Shown piece by piece: positions 37,336-45,453 of a DNA stretch of 64,000 bases. Under the pieces are notes generated by a model. It ran no database searches, was not told the origin of the DNA, and saw only the letters and a list, made by a program, of their open reading frames with translations. The translations under genes and the position numbers were made by a program. Each line of letters starts with the position of its first letter. Position 1 is the first letter of the stretch. Source of the DNA: a virus (taxonomy: Duplodnaviria; Heunggongvirae; Uroviricota; Caudoviricetes); the IMG/VR virus record IMGVR_UViG_3300028666_000001, positions 128,086 to 192,085 of that record. One strand, written 5' to 3'.

Positions 37336-38739
37336 ATGCCACCAAATGAACGTCGAAGACATCCAAAAGAAGACTTTTCTCAATCGAGGTTTGATAGTTT
37401 ACCTCTCTTGTTACTAAAAGATAGTACGGCAAAAGATCATATCGATGTTTTGAAAGAATCTCGTTGGAATAATGATTATAAAAATGAGATGACTAAAGAT
37501 TATCTTGGTGCAGCATCTATTAATGATGTTGTATTTGCTGATCATAAGTGTTCTTTAGCATCAGCCTTGGTATTACGCTATGTTCTACCAGACTTCTTTG
37601 AGAGCAAAGGTCTTAAGATTGATAAGATAGCAGGTGTTGAAGGAGATGGGGATTATCCTGCTTCTTTTAGTGCAATTGAAGTAGCTCCTGGTAAGATGGA
37701 GAATAGGCTCGTTTATGGAGACTACTTCATTTCCAACGGGGATCAGCGTTATATCATTCATCTAGAAGACTCATATCCTGATTCTTTTAGATTTAAAATT
37801 GCAAGTACAAAGACTACTAAACCAGATGCCAATACCTTATCTGAAGAAATGATAAAATATGGTGAGGCGCATAACTTCCTTAAAGGTCAAAAGATTGATC
37901 CTAATTGTAACTTTGTGAAGTTCAATCGTAAATTCACATGGGATGATTTGATTCTTTCTGATAAGATCAAAACTGAGATTCAAATGAACCTTAAAAATCT
38001 CATTGATTATCGTGAGATCTATCGTAAGAATGGTCTACAAGTTAAACGTGGATTGATTCTTGCAGGTGAGCCAGGAACAGGTAAAACAGTATTAGCTAAG
38101 ATTCTTTGTAATCAGATTGATTGGACATTCGTTTGGGTTACATCAAAGAATCTAGAGAATGCTAAACGGGTTGCCCAGATTGTTGAATTGTGCCGTGATC
38201 TTTCACCAGCAGTATTGTTCCTTGAAGATATTGACTTGTTTGGTGGATCACGAGAATCTAACAATAACCCTATGCTTCTAGGGGAATTGCTGAATCAGTT
38301 AGATGGTATTGAAGAGAATACAGATATTATTGTAATCGGCAGTACTAATAACAAAGATGTTTTGGAAAAAGCCTTGGTTTCACGTCCAGGTCGCTTTGAC
38401 AAAGTTATTGACTTTCCTCTTCCAGCATATGAAGAACGTTTAAAGATGCTTAAGGTATTCAGTAATGGATTGCTTGATGAGAAGCTTCCTTGCCTAGAGA
38501 AAATTGCTAGAGAGTATAAAAAGAAAACAGGTGCTCAGATTCGTGAGTTAGTCAATATGGCTATTATCTTTGCCGTAGATGAGAAATCTTATGGAGAAGA
38601 TAAGCAGCTTATTATTACTGAGGATCATTTTACAAAAGCAATGAAAGCAGTAGAAGGTAAAGACTTTAAACAGGTAACTGGATTCTCTGTAGGAGCTTCT
38701 AGTAAACTTGGTAGTAGATTTGATGATTTGGATGACTAA
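37336..38739 (+). CDS. Classic AAA+ ATPase
   Basis: WDDLIL, GEPGTGKT, LFLEDID, LLNQLDG, RPGRFD. Confidence 0.92.
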   Translation: MPPNERRRHPKEDFSQSRFDSLPLLLLKDSTAKDHIDVLKESRWNNDYKNEMTKDYLGAASINDVVFADHKCSLASALVLRYVLPDFFESKGLKIDKIAGVEGDGDYPASFSAIEVAPGKMENRLVYGDYFISNGDQRYIIHLEDSYPDSFRFKIASTKTTKPDANTLSEEMIKYGEAHNFLKGQKIDPNCNFVKFNRKFTWDDLILSDKIKTEIQMNLKNLIDYREIYRKNGLQVKRGLILAGEPGTGKTVLAKILCNQIDWTFVWVTSKNLENAKRVAQIVELCRDLSPAVLFLEDIDLFGGSRESNNNPMLLGELLNQLDGIEENTDIIVIGSTNNKDVLEKALVSRPGRFDKVIDFPLPAYEERLKMLKVFSNGLLDEKLPCLEKIAREYKKKTGAQIRELVNMAIIFAVDEKSYGEDKQLIITEDHFTKAMKAVEGKDFKQVTGFSVGASSKLGSRFDDLDD

Positions 38740-38759
38740 TCGTAAGGAGATAAGATAAA

Positions 38760-39170
38760 ATGGCAAAGACAAAGTATGTAGATGCAAGTCCAGCAGTAGA
38801 ATCATTAGTTTCAAAGATTATGGAAGTTTGGCCTGATCGATTCGCTCATGTTACTCGTTCCGACATCTTGCTTATTATGAAAGATGCTCCAAAGAGTACC
38901 TATAGTGCCAGGACTCGTCTCTTGAATGGTTTCTATCGTATGCTTACCAAAAAGAAAATTATCATTGAGGTCTGGAAGCAAGCATGGGAATTGGATAAGC
39001 CAGCAGAACAAGCTTTAACCTTATATCGTGAGTTGTATCGTATTGATACTAATGAAAAATCGCATGAATATAAGTTGATCAAGCCTGATCTTACAGATTT
39101 TACTAAGATCCTTGATAAAGTTGGATTGCATAAAGAAACAGTTGATGAGTTCTTTGGTAAAGTAATTTAA
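38760..39170 (+). CDS. Phage metallopeptidase-like protein with degenerate active site
   Basis: Layout resembles putative phage metallopeptidases, but has YRELYRI where HExxH is expected. Confidence 0.4.
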   Translation: MAKTKYVDASPAVESLVSKIMEVWPDRFAHVTRSDILLIMKDAPKSTYSARTRLLNGFYRMLTKKKIIIEVWKQAWELDKPAEQALTLYRELYRIDTNEKSHEYKLIKPDLTDFTKILDKVGLHKETVDEFFGKVI

Positions 39171-39178
39171 AAAAAGTC

Positions 39179-39523
39179 ATGATTAAGCAAGTCCTCGTAT
39201 TGCGTAAAGACCTGAACATGAGAAAGGGCAAGATGGTTGCCCAAGGTGCTCATGCTGCAATCGGAGCCTTAGCAAAAGCTAAAGTAGAAGATATAAAGAA
39301 GTGGGAAGAAGATGGATGCACGAAGATTTGTGTATCTGTTCCAGATGAAATAGCTCTATTACAACTTAAGCTAGATGCATGGGTTGCAGGTCTTCCCATT
39401 TATCTAGTTCAAGATGCAGGTAGAACAGAGTTTAATGGCGTAGCTACTTATACAGCTTTAGGTATCGGTCCAGCTTCAGCAGAGTTGATAGATGCACTTA
39501 CTGGAAAATTGTCTTTACTATAA
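39179..39523 (+). CDS. pth2: Peptidyl-tRNA hydrolase type 2
   Basis: KQVLVLRKDLNMRKGKMVAQGAHA, QDAGRTEF, LGIGP, LTGKLSLL. Confidence 0.95.
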   Translation: MIKQVLVLRKDLNMRKGKMVAQGAHAAIGALAKAKVEDIKKWEEDGCTKICVSVPDEIALLQLKLDAWVAGLPIYLVQDAGRTEFNGVATYTALGIGPASAELIDALTGKLSLL

Positions 39524-40647
39524 TGTATATAAGCAAGGTTGTTCTAGAGAATTTTCAAGCATTTGAAAAGGGAGAGTTTATTCTCTCCCCTAATCTTAAT
39601 ATTTTAATCGGTGTATCTAATGTGGGAAAGAGCAGCGTTGCCAGGGCTCTTTCTCTTGTGCTGTTTAACCAGTGGGATAAGAGTTGGTGCAGGTTTGGAG
39701 CTAAATACTGCAGAGTTACTATTGAAACAAATACAGGTATTGAATTAATTCGAGAGAAGGGTGAAAAGGTTAATCGATATATTCTTCGATTGCCTAGCCA
39801 GCCAGAGCAGCTTTTTGAATCCTTTGGTACAACAGTTCCAGAGCAGGTTCAGCAAGCTTTACATATTCATACAGTCCAGGTGGATACAACCGATACCCTT
39901 AATCTTAATTTGGCTGGTCAAATGGATGCATTATTCCTTCTATCACAGACTGGCAGCTATAGAGCTAAGGTACTTGGTAAGTTGTCAGGGGCTACTTATC
40001 TAGATCATGCCATTAGAGAGCTTAATAAAGATAAACGTCAAGTTACAGCAGAGAAGAATTCTAAAGATTTGGAGATAGTCGAGTTGCAGACTCAAGTAGA
40101 TAAGCTTGCTCCTATAGAGGCATATGCTACAGCCATAAGTGCTCTTGAAGAGAGATTAAACTCCTTAATACGCTCCCAAGAGCGTTTAGAGCAGATCAGG
40201 AGCCTATTTGAGCGTGTAAAAGTACTAAAAGAGGCTTGGACCAGGGAAACAGCTAAATCAGACCTTTTAGGCCCTGTTTCCTTACATTTGAATTTAGTCG
40301 AAAAATTGGCTCAAAGAGTAGATAAGAATAGAGCACTTAGTTTATTTTTAAGCAAGAGAGACAACTTGATATTTACTTATACGAAACAATGTAAACTAAA
40401 AGAGCTTTTGACATCTGTGGATTTGTCACCAATATATACCTTACCAGAAAAATTTTCAAAATATCAAAAGATTAGCGAATTAGCTACAAGGGTACGCAAA
40501 AATCAAAGTGAACTTGTAAGTAAAACTGATGAGTTGCAGAGAAATGAACAACAGCATAAAGAGGCTGCAAAGCAATATATGGATATGTTACAAGCGGCTG
40601 GGGTGTGCCCAATTTGTAATAGGACGGTAGATACATGCGTACAATAA
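39523..40647 (+). CDS. Rad50/SbcC N-terminal half (Walker A to zinc hook)
   Basis: LENFQA, GVSNVGKSS, Q-loop, coiled coil, ends at CPIC. Confidence 0.88.
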   Translation: MYISKVVLENFQAFEKGEFILSPNLNILIGVSNVGKSSVARALSLVLFNQWDKSWCRFGAKYCRVTIETNTGIELIREKGEKVNRYILRLPSQPEQLFESFGTTVPEQVQQALHIHTVQVDTTDTLNLNLAGQMDALFLLSQTGSYRAKVLGKLSGATYLDHAIRELNKDKRQVTAEKNSKDLEIVELQTQVDKLAPIEAYATAISALEERLNSLIRSQERLEQIRSLFERVKVLKEAWTRETAKSDLLGPVSLHLNLVEKLAQRVDKNRALSLFLSKRDNLIFTYTKQCKLKELLTSVDLSPIYTLPEKFSKYQKISELATRVRKNQSELVSKTDELQRNEQQHKEAAKQYMDMLQAAGVCPICNRTVDTCVQ

Positions 40648-41006
40648 TAGCAGGTAGTCGAACGATTACAGACCCTAAAGTTGTAGAAGAAGCAGTAGCA
40701 GCTTCTGGTTTTACTATTACAGAGGTTGTTTGTGGTGGAGCAGCTGGTGTAGATACTCTTGGAAAAAATTGGGCTGTAGATCGTGGTATTCCAGTTAAGA
40801 TGTTTCCAGCAGATTGGGAAACACATGGAAAAGCAGCGGGACCAATTCGTAACTCTGAGATGGCTACATATGCTGAACAAGCTATTTGTATTTTTGATGT
40901 TCAAGCTGAGTGTAAAGGCACTAAAGACATGGCTCGAAAAGCAACAGGGAATGGAAAGCATGTTTATAGTCATATGACAAATTTTAAGAGTATCATACTA
41001 GAATGA
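40635..41006 (+). CDS. SLOG family protein (DUF2493/YspA-like)
   Basis: IIAGSR, GGA.GVD.LG, FPADW..HGKAAGPIRN.EMA. Confidence 0.9.
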   Translation: MRTIIAGSRTITDPKVVEEAVAASGFTITEVVCGGAAGVDTLGKNWAVDRGIPVKMFPADWETHGKAAGPIRNSEMATYAEQAICIFDVQAECKGTKDMARKATGNGKHVYSHMTNFKSIILE

Positions 41007-41923
41007 AAATTCTATTCTTTGCAGACATGCACTTAAGATCTATCTCAGATCGTCCAAAATGGCGTATCGATGATCATTATAAAACTCAGTTTACAGAGTT
41101 GAATGAGATTCGGGATATTGCTGTATCAAATAAGATTGATGTTATTGTAAGTCTTGGAGACTTCTTTGATCATACACGAGTATCACATCAGCTCGTTACA
41201 GATGTTTTGAAATGGACTCAAACACTTCCTTGTGCTATCTATAGCATTGTAGGAAATCATGACGTAAATGCCTATGTAACCACTGATAGGAACAATGGCC
41301 TTGGTGTATTATTTGAATCAGGAGCCGTTGGACAGCTTACCGAGCTTGTATGGGATAACCATAAAGTCATTCTTCGTGGGATTGACGTTTATCTAGATCC
41401 TAAACAAGGCAATTACATGTTTGATGAGAAGTATAAGGACTACTGCAAAATTGTTGCAAGTCATAATTTCATTATTCCTCATGAAGTTCCATTTGAGGCC
41501 GTTCTTCCTTCGCAGGTTAATACCAATGCTAATATCGTTGCATTGGGGCACTACCACAAGAGCTTCAATGTGTATGAAAAGAGTACAGCATTTATTAATC
41601 CAGGCAGTATTTCACGTTGGGCTGTAAATGAGCAGCATCAACCTCAAGTATTTATCATTGATACAACGTCAGGTGTTATATCAGCTGTTCCCCTTAAGAC
41701 ATCATTGTTAGCTACTGAGATTTTTGACTTAGCAGGAGCAGCAGAGATGAAATCAACAGAGATGAATCTGCAGACCTTTGTAGATAGTCTTGAGAGTACA
41801 AGCTTTGAAAATGTAGATGTCGAAAATGTCATCTTGACAGAAGGCAATAAACAGGGTATACTTAAGGATATTGTAGACATAGCTTTAGCAAAAGTACAAC
41901 AGGCAAAGGTGGAGTTACAATGA
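41003..41923 (+). CDS. Mre11/SbcD-like nuclease
   Basis: ADMH, GDFFD, GNHD, SH, LGHYH, NPGS..R. Confidence 0.88.
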   Translation: MKILFFADMHLRSISDRPKWRIDDHYKTQFTELNEIRDIAVSNKIDVIVSLGDFFDHTRVSHQLVTDVLKWTQTLPCAIYSIVGNHDVNAYVTTDRNNGLGVLFESGAVGQLTELVWDNHKVILRGIDVYLDPKQGNYMFDEKYKDYCKIVASHNFIIPHEVPFEAVLPSQVNTNANIVALGHYHKSFNVYEKSTAFINPGSISRWAVNEQHQPQVFIIDTTSGVISAVPLKTSLLATEIFDLAGAAEMKSTEMNLQTFVDSLESTSFENVDVENVILTEGNKQGILKDIVDIALAKVQQAKVELQ

Positions 41924-42177
41924 AGCATTTATGTTTTACTGGTTATAAACTTGGTAAAGACGGAAGAAAAATGTTTGAATTATTACTTCCATGGGGTAAG
42001 AAAACCCTTACAAAAGATCCTATTAGAACCTTAAATAAGATTGGGCATTTGTTTTATTTTACTGCTCAACATCTCAAAGAACGTGGTGTTATAAATAATT
42101 TAGAGATGGTTGAATTACTTGGCTGGAGAAAAAAATATGGAAAACTTAAAAAAGCTTGTATATTGGAGTTGAAATGA
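41920..42177 (+). CDS. Hypothetical basic protein
   Basis: ATGA-coupled ORF. Confidence 0.5.
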   Translation: MKHLCFTGYKLGKDGRKMFELLLPWGKKTLTKDPIRTLNKIGHLFYFTAQHLKERGVINNLEMVELLGWRKKYGKLKKACILELK

Positions 42178-42458
42178 TCGATTTAAAGAATGAGCGTGAA
42201 ATTTTACCTTATGACAAAGATAAGAAGCAGATCCTAGACTCTGATAATCATGTTGAGAATGCTTTCTTAGCCGTTGGCTTTGCATCACGATGTTGGACAG
42301 AGAAAGATGGCAAAGGTACATTTGACACACAAAATGCAGTACGGATTGCCAATGAACTTTGCGCCTATATGCGTCTTATATCTCAGCCCATAGACAACCT
42401 TGAATATCTTGAATGGAAGTTAGCCAAAAAAGAAAAGGAGAGTCAAAAATGTCAATAG
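42174..42458 (+). CDS. Small protein with C-terminal DNLEYLEWK tag
   Basis: GGAG SD before ATG 42174; ends QPIDNLEYLEWKLAK. Confidence 0.7.
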   Translation: MIDLKNEREILPYDKDKKQILDSDNHVENAFLAVGFASRCWTEKDGKGTFDTQNAVRIANELCAYMRLISQPIDNLEYLEWKLAKKEKESQKCQ

Positions 42459-42703
42459 AACAAGATTTGTTATCTTTAAAAGCAAAGGGTGAAAAACTCA
42501 ATACATTGCGTATCGAGAATGCTACGAAGCTTCAGGGTTTAGAGCAAGAGAAAGAGAAGCTTGTAGCAGAAGCACAAGCTTTGGGCATTCCTCCAGAAAA
42601 GCTTGAAGAAACACTTAAGGCAGAGGAAGCAGCAATTCAAGAGGAGTCTTCACGATTAAATGATGAGCTAACAAAACTCTTAGGGGAAATTAGTGTCATA
42701 TAA
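42449..42703 (+). CDS. Small coiled-coil protein
   Basis: AAGGAG SD; heptad E/K/L pattern. Confidence 0.65.
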   Translation: MSIEQDLLSLKAKGEKLNTLRIENATKLQGLEQEKEKLVAEAQALGIPPEKLEETLKAEEAAIQEESSRLNDELTKLLGEISVI

Positions 42704-43010
42704 TAGTCCCTGTCGTGCTTGTGACCATAAGCATGATGGTGAAATTTGTAGATGGCAAATTCATAAAACAGGACGAATTGAATTAAAGCCTGTTTATTCA
42801 GATAGTTTATGGGGTGTTGGGCCAGCATTGCATCAGCATGGAAAAGATGAAGATGGTAAAGAAACTACTTTTAAGTTGTATCCTAATACATATAAAGATG
42901 AGACATTTGAATACAAAATAGAATTAGATTGTGGATGTCGATGTTATATCCCTAGTGAGAACCTAGAATTTTTAGAATGGAAATACAATGAGTCTACTAA
43001 ATCAGCTTGA
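42693..43010 (+). CDS. Small Zn-finger protein with C-terminal ENLEFLEWK tag
   Basis: CRACDHKH...C ... CGCRCYIPSENLEFLEWK. Confidence 0.72.
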   Translation: MSYNSPCRACDHKHDGEICRWQIHKTGRIELKPVYSDSLWGVGPALHQHGKDEDGKETTFKLYPNTYKDETFEYKIELDCGCRCYIPSENLEFLEWKYNESTKSA

Positions 43011-43629
43011 TCAATTAAAGAGTAGTTTCCATCGTAAAGCTGGTCAACTCCAGGCTATTAGAGAGCGAATTGTTGTATGCCAGGATAAGGTTATGGAGTT
43101 GACAGCAAAAGAAGATACTACGCTTAAGGCTAGTATTTTTCTTCAATCACTTTCAGATCAGACTCGTTTACAGGTTCTAGACAAGATTTCAGGTATAGTG
43201 ACGGATGCACTGCAGACAGTGAAGGATAAGAATTTAGTGTTTACTATGCAGCTTGTAACCAAGGCTAATCAACCTACCCTGGAAATGGGTATCTTGGATA
43301 AGTTATCAGGTCAAACTTATGACGTACTTACCTCCTTTGGTGGTGGTATCTGCGATATCGTGTCACTGGCATTGCGTGTAGCTCTACTAGTGAAATGGCA
43401 ACCATCTTTGTCTCGTGTACTTATTTTGGATGAAGCTTGTAAGCATGTAGCCCAAAAGGATCAAGAGCTTTTAGCAGTGTTCGTTAGGAAGCTTTCAGAG
43501 GCTCTTAATTTGCAATTGATTTGGATCAGTCATAGTGATATTTTGCAGCAAGCAGCACATAAGATTTTCGAGGTAACTAAACATGACGGACTCTCAACAG
43601 TCGAAGAAAAAAACCCCTCCTCCATTTAA
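42988..43629 (+). CDS. Rad50/SbcC C-terminal half
   Basis: Coiled coil, SFGGG signature, LILDE Walker B, ISH switch. Confidence 0.88.
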   Translation: MSLLNQLDQLKSSFHRKAGQLQAIRERIVVCQDKVMELTAKEDTTLKASIFLQSLSDQTRLQVLDKISGIVTDALQTVKDKNLVFTMQLVTKANQPTLEMGILDKLSGQTYDVLTSFGGGICDIVSLALRVALLVKWQPSLSRVLILDEACKHVAQKDQELLAVFVRKLSEALNLQLIWISHSDILQQAAHKIFEVTKHDGLSTVEEKNPSSI

Positions 43630-44182
43630 TGAGGATTCAGTATTAAGGGGTGCATGGCGCAGGGCTTTTTCACGTTTCCCTATAAAGAAAGAAGTATTGG
43701 AAGAGGCTACACGTCGAGTACCACGTTTTAATAAGGATGGCAGTAGAGCTAAAGTAGACTCAAAAGAAGTCCTTTGTAATGTGTGTAAGCAATGGGTCAA
43801 AGCTTCACTTAATGGTGAAAGTAATGTTGAAGTAGACCATATTATTCCAGTCATTGATGTGACAGATATATCAGGTAAGGTAAAAGATTGGAACCTTTAT
43901 AAGTCACGTTTGGTTTGTGGTAAATCGAACCTCCAATGTATTTGTGGAGCTTGTCATGATCTTAAAACATCAAAAGAACAAGCTGCTAGGCAAGCACTGA
44001 AGGATAAAGCGGGATTAGATGCTATTGAAGAACAGCTTAAATCTGCTTGGACAATTGAGAAAGAAAAAGAACTGAAGAAACAAGTTACTAAATTTCTTGG
44101 AAAGAAAAAGTCTCCAGAGACTAAAGAACGTGCAGCAAAGCTTAAAGCGATTATTATAAATAAGCTTACGAGGGAAGATTAA
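43583..44182 (+). CDS. HNH endonuclease
   Basis: CNVC, VEVDHIIP, NLQCIC..CH..KT. Confidence 0.85.
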   Translation: MTDSQQSKKKTPPPFNEDSVLRGAWRRAFSRFPIKKEVLEEATRRVPRFNKDGSRAKVDSKEVLCNVCKQWVKASLNGESNVEVDHIIPVIDVTDISGKVKDWNLYKSRLVCGKSNLQCICGACHDLKTSKEQAARQALKDKAGLDAIEEQLKSAWTIEKEKELKKQVTKFLGKKKSPETKERAAKLKAIIINKLTRED

Positions 44183-44436
44183 TGGAATTACTTGGTTGGT
44201 TAACTACCATTGCATTTTCCATTTGCTATTGGCCTCAGCTTTATAGAAGCTGGAAACGCAAGAGTGTTGGTGATGTAAGTGTATATGCCTGGATACTTCA
44301 GGCAGTCGGATATGCTATGGGCATTCGTTATGGTTTATACTTGGGTAAAGGGCCTTTGATCTTTGGCTATATCCATGGATTATTTTGTAGCCTATTGTTT
44401 TTATTTTTATATTGGAGATATAAATCAAATGTATAG
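44182..44436 (+). CDS. PQ-loop / SemiSWEET-like membrane protein
   Basis: PQLYRSWKRKSVGDVS; three TM helices; 84 aa. Confidence 0.85.
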   Translation: MELLGWLTTIAFSICYWPQLYRSWKRKSVGDVSVYAWILQAVGYAMGIRYGLYLGKGPLIFGYIHGLFCSLLFLFLYWRYKSNV

Positions 44437-44902
44437 ATTATCTGATGAATTGGCAAAAGAACTAATTGCAAAAATTAAGTCTCCTGAAGTGGAGTCTTCT
44501 GGTAATACTGCTTTTTTACCAAAGAACCTAAATAGTGTAGGGATTGTTGATCCAATTTGTTGTATAGGTTCAGCCTTTCATTATATTATTGAAAGTCCCA
44601 AACCTATTCTCTATCAAAATCTTCCTTTTGTGCCAGCTAGTGTGCAGGGTTATTTCTTATATCGTAAGGAAGAATTACAGCCACTAACAGAGCCATGGGA
44701 AATTAACAGGGTATTTGTTGATCCAACAGCAGAAGATCCTGAAGAAAAGATCGATGTATCCGATGTAGCAATTGTATTACCTAATGATATAGAGAAATTG
44801 ACTATTCCTGTTACACACCATTTAAAGACGATGGAAGAGTTGATTAAAAAAGAACCTCTTATCATAGATTGTCTTAATTGGGAGAAGAAAAATGGAAAAT
44901 AA
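44429..44902 (+). CDS. Hypothetical protein
   Basis: GGAG SD before ATG 44429. Confidence 0.6.
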   Translation: MYRLSDELAKELIAKIKSPEVESSGNTAFLPKNLNSVGIVDPICCIGSAFHYIIESPKPILYQNLPFVPASVQGYFLYRKEELQPLTEPWEINRVFVDPTAEDPEEKIDVSDVAIVLPNDIEKLTIPVTHHLKTMEELIKKEPLIIDCLNWEKKNGK

Positions 44903-45281
44903 AAAGCCTAATAATTTCAAAGAAGCTGCCTTGTCACATATTCCACAAGATATTATTGCCTCTATGACAAAGCATACAGCAGTATCAACAGATGGTTTGA
45001 CAGGTCTTGAAGCAATAGCCAGAAGTGGTGGACCTTCATTACTACCTCAGAAGGTTGATGCTCCAGTTGCTCCTAAACATATTTCATTGGCAATCGATGG
45101 ACATGTTATTAGAGTTGCACTTGATCCGACACAGGGAGCTGTCACTATGCTTTTGTATCTATTAGCTACTGTATGGAGTAAGGATAAGAAGGTTGCCAAA
45201 GTCTTGAAACAGTTCAACTTTCATTTCTTTGATGAGAACAATATACAGCTTTATCCAAAAGTCAAAAATGTTAAAGGGTAA
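44892..45281 (+). CDS. Hypothetical protein
   Basis: Coupled ORF with GGAG SD. Confidence 0.6.
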   Translation: MENKKPNNFKEAALSHIPQDIIASMTKHTAVSTDGLTGLEAIARSGGPSLLPQKVDAPVAPKHISLAIDGHVIRVALDPTQGAVTMLLYLLATVWSKDKKVAKVLKQFNFHFFDENNIQLYPKVKNVKG

Positions 45282-45453
45282 TGCACCTTGCATTTGTGGG
45301 CATAGTAATAGTAACCATACAAGTAAGCATTTTTGGTTAAACAAGGATGTTATAGATGTACGAATGGGCTGTAGTGTAAAACATTGTGATTGTATAGCTT
45401 TTAAACTTGATAATTTGAAGTTCTTAGAACGGGAATATGACTCTAGAAAATAA
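45268..45453 (+). CDS. Small Zn-finger protein with C-terminal DNLKFLE tag
   Basis: CICGH...H...C...CDC..FKLDNLKFLER. Confidence 0.7.
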   Translation: MLKGNAPCICGHSNSNHTSKHFWLNKDVIDVRMGCSVKHCDCIAFKLDNLKFLEREYDSRK

